Shown here: positions 60,534 through 64,000 of the stretch, one piece after another
Layout: every line of letters starts with the position of its first letter
Position numbering within the stretch: position 1 is the first letter of the stretch
Assembly: GCA_043825735.1 (NCBI GenBank)
Contig: JBDRRP010000107.1
Coordinates: forward strand, 1 to 64,000
Reading direction: 5' to 3'
Length of the DNA stretch: 64,000 nucleotides
Source of the DNA: Pseudomonadota bacterium
GTDB lineage: Bacteria; Desulfobacterota; Desulfobacteria; Desulfobacterales; JBDRRP01
Notes under the pieces: model-generated
Database searches by the model: none
What the model saw: the letters and a program-made list of their open reading frames with translations, nothing else
What the model was told of the DNA's origin: nothing
Position numbers and translations under genes: made by a program

Positions 60534-62015
60534 TTACAGTGTTATGGGCATGCCCATCAGCGGCCACAGGACGTACACGGCAAAGCCGACCACGATCATC
60601 AGAATGATGCTGGCCGGAATACCGTAGAGAAAAAACTCTCCGGTCGTGAACTGCTTGGAGTCGTAGGCGATGGCGTTGGGCGCCGCGCCCACCAGCAGCA
60701 AAAACGGCATGCCGGCCGTCACCAGGGAAGCAAACAGAATGACTTCGCCAGACACGCTGAGGTAAGGGGCGATGACCAGCGCCACCGGCAGGGATATGGC
60801 GATGGCTGCCACGTTCATGATGAAATTGGTCATGATCATGACGAAGAAGGCGATGCTCATGACAAAGACGAACCAATGGGATTCCTTGAAAATGGTCAGC
60901 CAGTTGATGGCGAGCCACTCGGCGGCGCCGGTTTCCCAGAGGCAGAAGCCGATGCTCATGGCACCGGCAAAGAGCAGGATGATGTTCCAGGGAATCGCTT
61001 CAAGATCGTCGATGTCGAGGATGCCGGTGATAAAGAAAAGGATGGTGCTCAAAAGGATGAGCGCCGTCTTGTGGGGCGGGTTGAAGCCGGGGATGGCGGC
61101 TTGCAGGAGTGCCGAGAGGGCCAGGCCCAGGATGCACAGCCCCACGATGCTGGCGGCGATGACTTCCTTGCGGGTGATGCCGCCCAAGGCGGCGTTAAGC
61201 GTCTTGGCGCGCTCCTTCAGGCCGGGGATGCTTTTTTTCTCCGGCTTGAGCACCACCATGAAGTACCCCCACAGCAGGAAGGTCATGAGCCAGCCGATGG
61301 GGAACATGTAATAGGAGAGCTCGAAAAAGCCGATATCCTTTTGCATGATGTCCTTGTAAAATCCGAGGGCCACGGCGCCGCGGGCCGCGCCCAGGAGGGT
61401 GACGATGGAGCCGGCGCCGGCCACGTAGGCCATGCCGATGAACAGCCCCTTGCCGAATTTGGTGGGCTTGTCGCCTTCACCGTAGAGCGCGTAGATCGCC
61501 ACCAGCAGCGGGTAGATAGTGGCCGCCACGGCCGTGTGGGCCATGATGTGGGTCAGGGCGGCCGTCACCACAAAGCAGCCCAGGTAGATCATGCTCGTTT
61601 TTTCCCCCACGATGGCGAGCATCTTGTAGGCCAGGCGTTTGGTGAGGCCTGTTTTGGTGAAGACCAGGCCGATGACGATGGAGCCGAAGATGAAGAGCAC
61701 CGACGGGTCCATGTAGTCCTTGAAGGCCTTGCTGGCCGGCCGGATGAGAAACAGCACCTGCATGACGCCGATGGCCAGGCTGGTCACGCCGATGGGGATC
61801 ACTTCAAACACCCACCAGGTGCCGGCCATGAGAAAAACGGCCAGCGCCCCTTTGCCTTCCGGACTGAGCGCGAAGCTCTTGCCCGTGGGGTCGATGGCAT
61901 CGGGCCAGGCCGGTGAATAGTACGTGATAAAAAACAGGGCGACGCCGGTCAGCAGTGCGGCCATTTTGCCCCATTCGATCTTTTTTTCAGCGGCAGAGAA
62001 CGTATTTGTTGTCAT
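60534..62015 (-). CDS. SLC13/DASS family anion:sodium symporter
   Basis: WWVFEVIPIGVTSL, IPWNIILLF, TNFIMNVA, AAPNAIAY. Confidence 0.9.
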   Translation of the reverse strand: MTTNTFSAAEKKIEWGKMAALLTGVALFFITYYSPAWPDAIDPTGKSFALSPEGKGALAVFLMAGTWWVFEVIPIGVTSLAIGVMQVLFLIRPASKAFKDYMDPSVLFIFGSIVIGLVFTKTGLTKRLAYKMLAIVGEKTSMIYLGCFVVTAALTHIMAHTAVAATIYPLLVAIYALYGEGDKPTKFGKGLFIGMAYVAGAGSIVTLLGAARGAVALGFYKDIMQKDIGFFELSYYMFPIGWLMTFLLWGYFMVVLKPEKKSIPGLKERAKTLNAALGGITRKEVIAASIVGLCILGLALSALLQAAIPGFNPPHKTALILLSTILFFITGILDIDDLEAIPWNIILLFAGAMSIGFCLWETGAAEWLAINWLTIFKESHWFVFVMSIAFFVMIMTNFIMNVAAIAISLPVALVIAPYLSVSGEVILFASLVTAGMPFLLLVGAAPNAIAYDSKQFTTGEFFLYGIPASIILMIVVGFAVYVLWPLMGMPITL

Positions 62016-62080
62016 TTCGAGCTAACCTCCGTGTAAAATATGTGATCGCAGCCGGTTTCCCCCCCTGGAGTCCGGCTGGG

Positions 62081-62656
62081 TCATCCGGCGCTGCCCCCGT
62101 GTTCCTTCTGGCATTCCTTCATCGCGTGAAAAACCGCTGCAAAAACATCCGTGAGTCGGAGGATGCCGGTAATCTTGTCACCCCGGGCGACCAGCAGAGA
62201 CTGGTGATGGCCCATGACCAGTTGATGAACGGCCTGGTCCAGGGACGCGCCTTCCTCCACGTACTCGCCTTCTGACGGGGTGTACATGATGTTTCGGGCT
62301 CTGGTTTGAAGGGCTTTGCGGCACAAGTCCATCAGCGGTGTCGACCACATGCCATAGCTCTTGATCAAGGATACCGTGAATTCTTTGGAAAAGCCGAAGT
62401 TGTGCATCCCTTTCTGACCGGCCATTTCAGCGTATTTGGGTTCGAGCGCCTTGAGCACGTCCAGTTGGCTGATCTTGCCGACCACGCGGCCGTCTGCATT
62501 CAGTACCAGGATGGCCCGGTGCCGATAACGGGTGTGATCGAATTCCTCCTGGGCCTTTTCCAGTGTGGAGACGGCTTCGAAAAGTGTGGCGTCTTCATGC
62601 ACCGTTGCGTATTCCGACAACGGCACCATCAGGTCTTTAACGATAAATGTCTGCAC
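62081..62656 (-). CDS. CBS domain protein, paralog of 52063-52635
   Basis: LMVPLSEYATV, HRAILVL, GILRLTDVF; GTG start with AAGGAGG RBS. Confidence 0.9.
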   Translation of the reverse strand: MQTFIVKDLMVPLSEYATVHEDATLFEAVSTLEKAQEEFDHTRYRHRAILVLNADGRVVGKISQLDVLKALEPKYAEMAGQKGMHNFGFSKEFTVSLIKSYGMWSTPLMDLCRKALQTRARNIMYTPSEGEYVEEGASLDQAVHQLVMGHHQSLLVARGDKITGILRLTDVFAAVFHAMKECQKEHGGSAG

Positions 62657-62967
62657 TCTGCCTCCTTCTTGCCAAATGATCGTTTCGTTTTCACAGACGG
62701 TTTATGGTTTCCCGGGGCACCGCCGGGATAGATTCGCTCTCAATAAAAAAAGCGGTGCCGGTCAGGGTCGGCAATCTCAGTATTGCGCCGGCCAATGGCC
62801 CCACCGCTTCATGTTACATAATGGATGGCCTTTTCCTGTGGATATGGTCCTCCATGAAAGGCGAAATCATTATCATGGGAGAATTCAAATAGCAACGCGT
62901 GAAGGCGAAAAACACCTTAGTTTATTGCTTTTTATCACTTTGGGCTGTTAAAAACTCTAGTGAGCAC

Positions 62968-63747
62968 TCAGCTCAAAACGCGATTTTCGAGCCAGTCGAA
63001 AACGGCGCGGCCCTGGGCGGCGGGATCTGATTTACCGGTCATCGCGGCGACGGCCTCCTCCCGCTGCGTCGCGTCGTTAAGGCGCACGGTCGAGTCAACC
63101 AGCCTGAGGGCATTGTCGATGCGGCTGAAGGCGACCAGCGGGCCGAAGGCGACCGGGGCGTCGCCGATGCGCCCGGTCTGGCCGGTGATGTCGTGGTGGG
63201 GCACCTGGAGCGCTTTGGGCGGCGCGGTGAACCCCAGTATTTCGCTGAACAGCGCCAAGGCGTCGGTGACGCCTTCGGTGTAGCCGTTTTCCAATGAGCG
63301 TGCCCCTATGGCGGCAATCTCATGGATGTCGGCCGGTTTCCAGTCGAGGTTCAGATCGGCCAGGCAGGTTTCCTGCACCCGCCGGACCGTGTCGGCCTGA
63401 CGGCTCGTCACGACATCGGTGTCCACCAGGATTTTTCGGATATTGCGCAGGTTGACCATCTCCTTGACCGTGGGGCTTTTGCGCATTTCTACATCTTCCA
63501 CCGAGGTGTGGTACAGGGGCAGGTCGTTGTCGAGCACCAGCACCTCATGACGGGTGGCGTCCCCGTCGGGCACGTAAAGGTCATTGTCTCGCCGGCGCAG
63601 GCGCTGGTAGCCGGCCATCTCAAGAAGGGCGATCATGTTTTCGCGGTCCACATGGCGTTCGCTGCCCGGCGGGCGCAGGGAGGTGATGACGGCGGCCGCC
63701 ATTTTGTCGATAGCCATTTTTTTGCGCAGATTGTCGATGAAGCTCAT
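62968..63747 (-). CDS. Hypothetical protein
   Basis: 259-aa ORF with host-like codon use and an AAGGA RBS; no recognised motif. Confidence 0.75.
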   Translation of the reverse strand: MSFIDNLRKKMAIDKMAAAVITSLRPPGSERHVDRENMIALLEMAGYQRLRRRDNDLYVPDGDATRHEVLVLDNDLPLYHTSVEDVEMRKSPTVKEMVNLRNIRKILVDTDVVTSRQADTVRRVQETCLADLNLDWKPADIHEIAAIGARSLENGYTEGVTDALALFSEILGFTAPPKALQVPHHDITGQTGRIGDAPVAFGPLVAFSRIDNALRLVDSTVRLNDATQREEAVAAMTGKSDPAAQGRAVFDWLENRVLS

Positions 63748-64000
63748 TGGGGGTATCCTTGATGACAATGGGGCAGGGAAATTTTGATTTCAGGCGCCTG
63801 TTCCATGATGCGCCGCATACCGCGGCGGGTCTGGATATACATCGCCCATTGTGTATGGCATGAAAGCGTCTCCTTGTGCCTATCATAACGGTTGTGGCGG
63901 GCGAGGGCAACCATGGGCACCAAGTCTATGGCAATCTTGACGCCGCCGGGGTTTTTGGCTATAGCTCCGTGACAATGCACTCCCGGCATGGTGGCGCCTG

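Noticed and set aside
62861..62875. Fur-box-like GCGAAATCATTATCA
   Set aside because: Only one arm matches the 7-1-7 consensus.

Overview
GC-rich bacterial chromosomal segment. Gene content and intergenic repeats suggest a sulfate-reducing Desulfobacterota (Desulfobacterales-like; inference). No rRNA, tRNA, CRISPR array or prophage was seen. From left to right: (1) the right end of an IS3-family element that cuts off a K+ channel gene; (2) an NTT/MFS-HEAT-cNMP fusion, lapA-like gene, ferritin, outer-membrane phospholipase A, a dedA remnant and an RND/MFP pair; (3) a ~37 kb sigma54 signalling region with two paralogous modules (TauE + Cache histidine kinase + stand-alone receivers + PEP-synthase-like protein), three sigma54 activators, and a USP / CBS-ACT / acyl-CoA ligase-GNAT / SulP cluster; (4) an nhaR remnant and a methyltransferase; (5) a minus-strand operon CBS - SLC13 - six-subunit Ehr complex (hydrogenase-like, no NiFe cysteines) - CBS - tandem gamma-carbonic-anhydrase-like protein. 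The best candidates for undescribed biology are the Ehr + tandem gamma-CA + SLC13 operon, the PEP-synthase-like proteins that may act as phosphodonors, and a shared enhancer-like motif (TGTCnR-N5-TTTACA-N3-TGTAAA) lying near four sigma54 promoters. Many intergenic gaps hold palindromic REP/MITE-like repeats. All calls come from motif recognition by eye; no searches were run.
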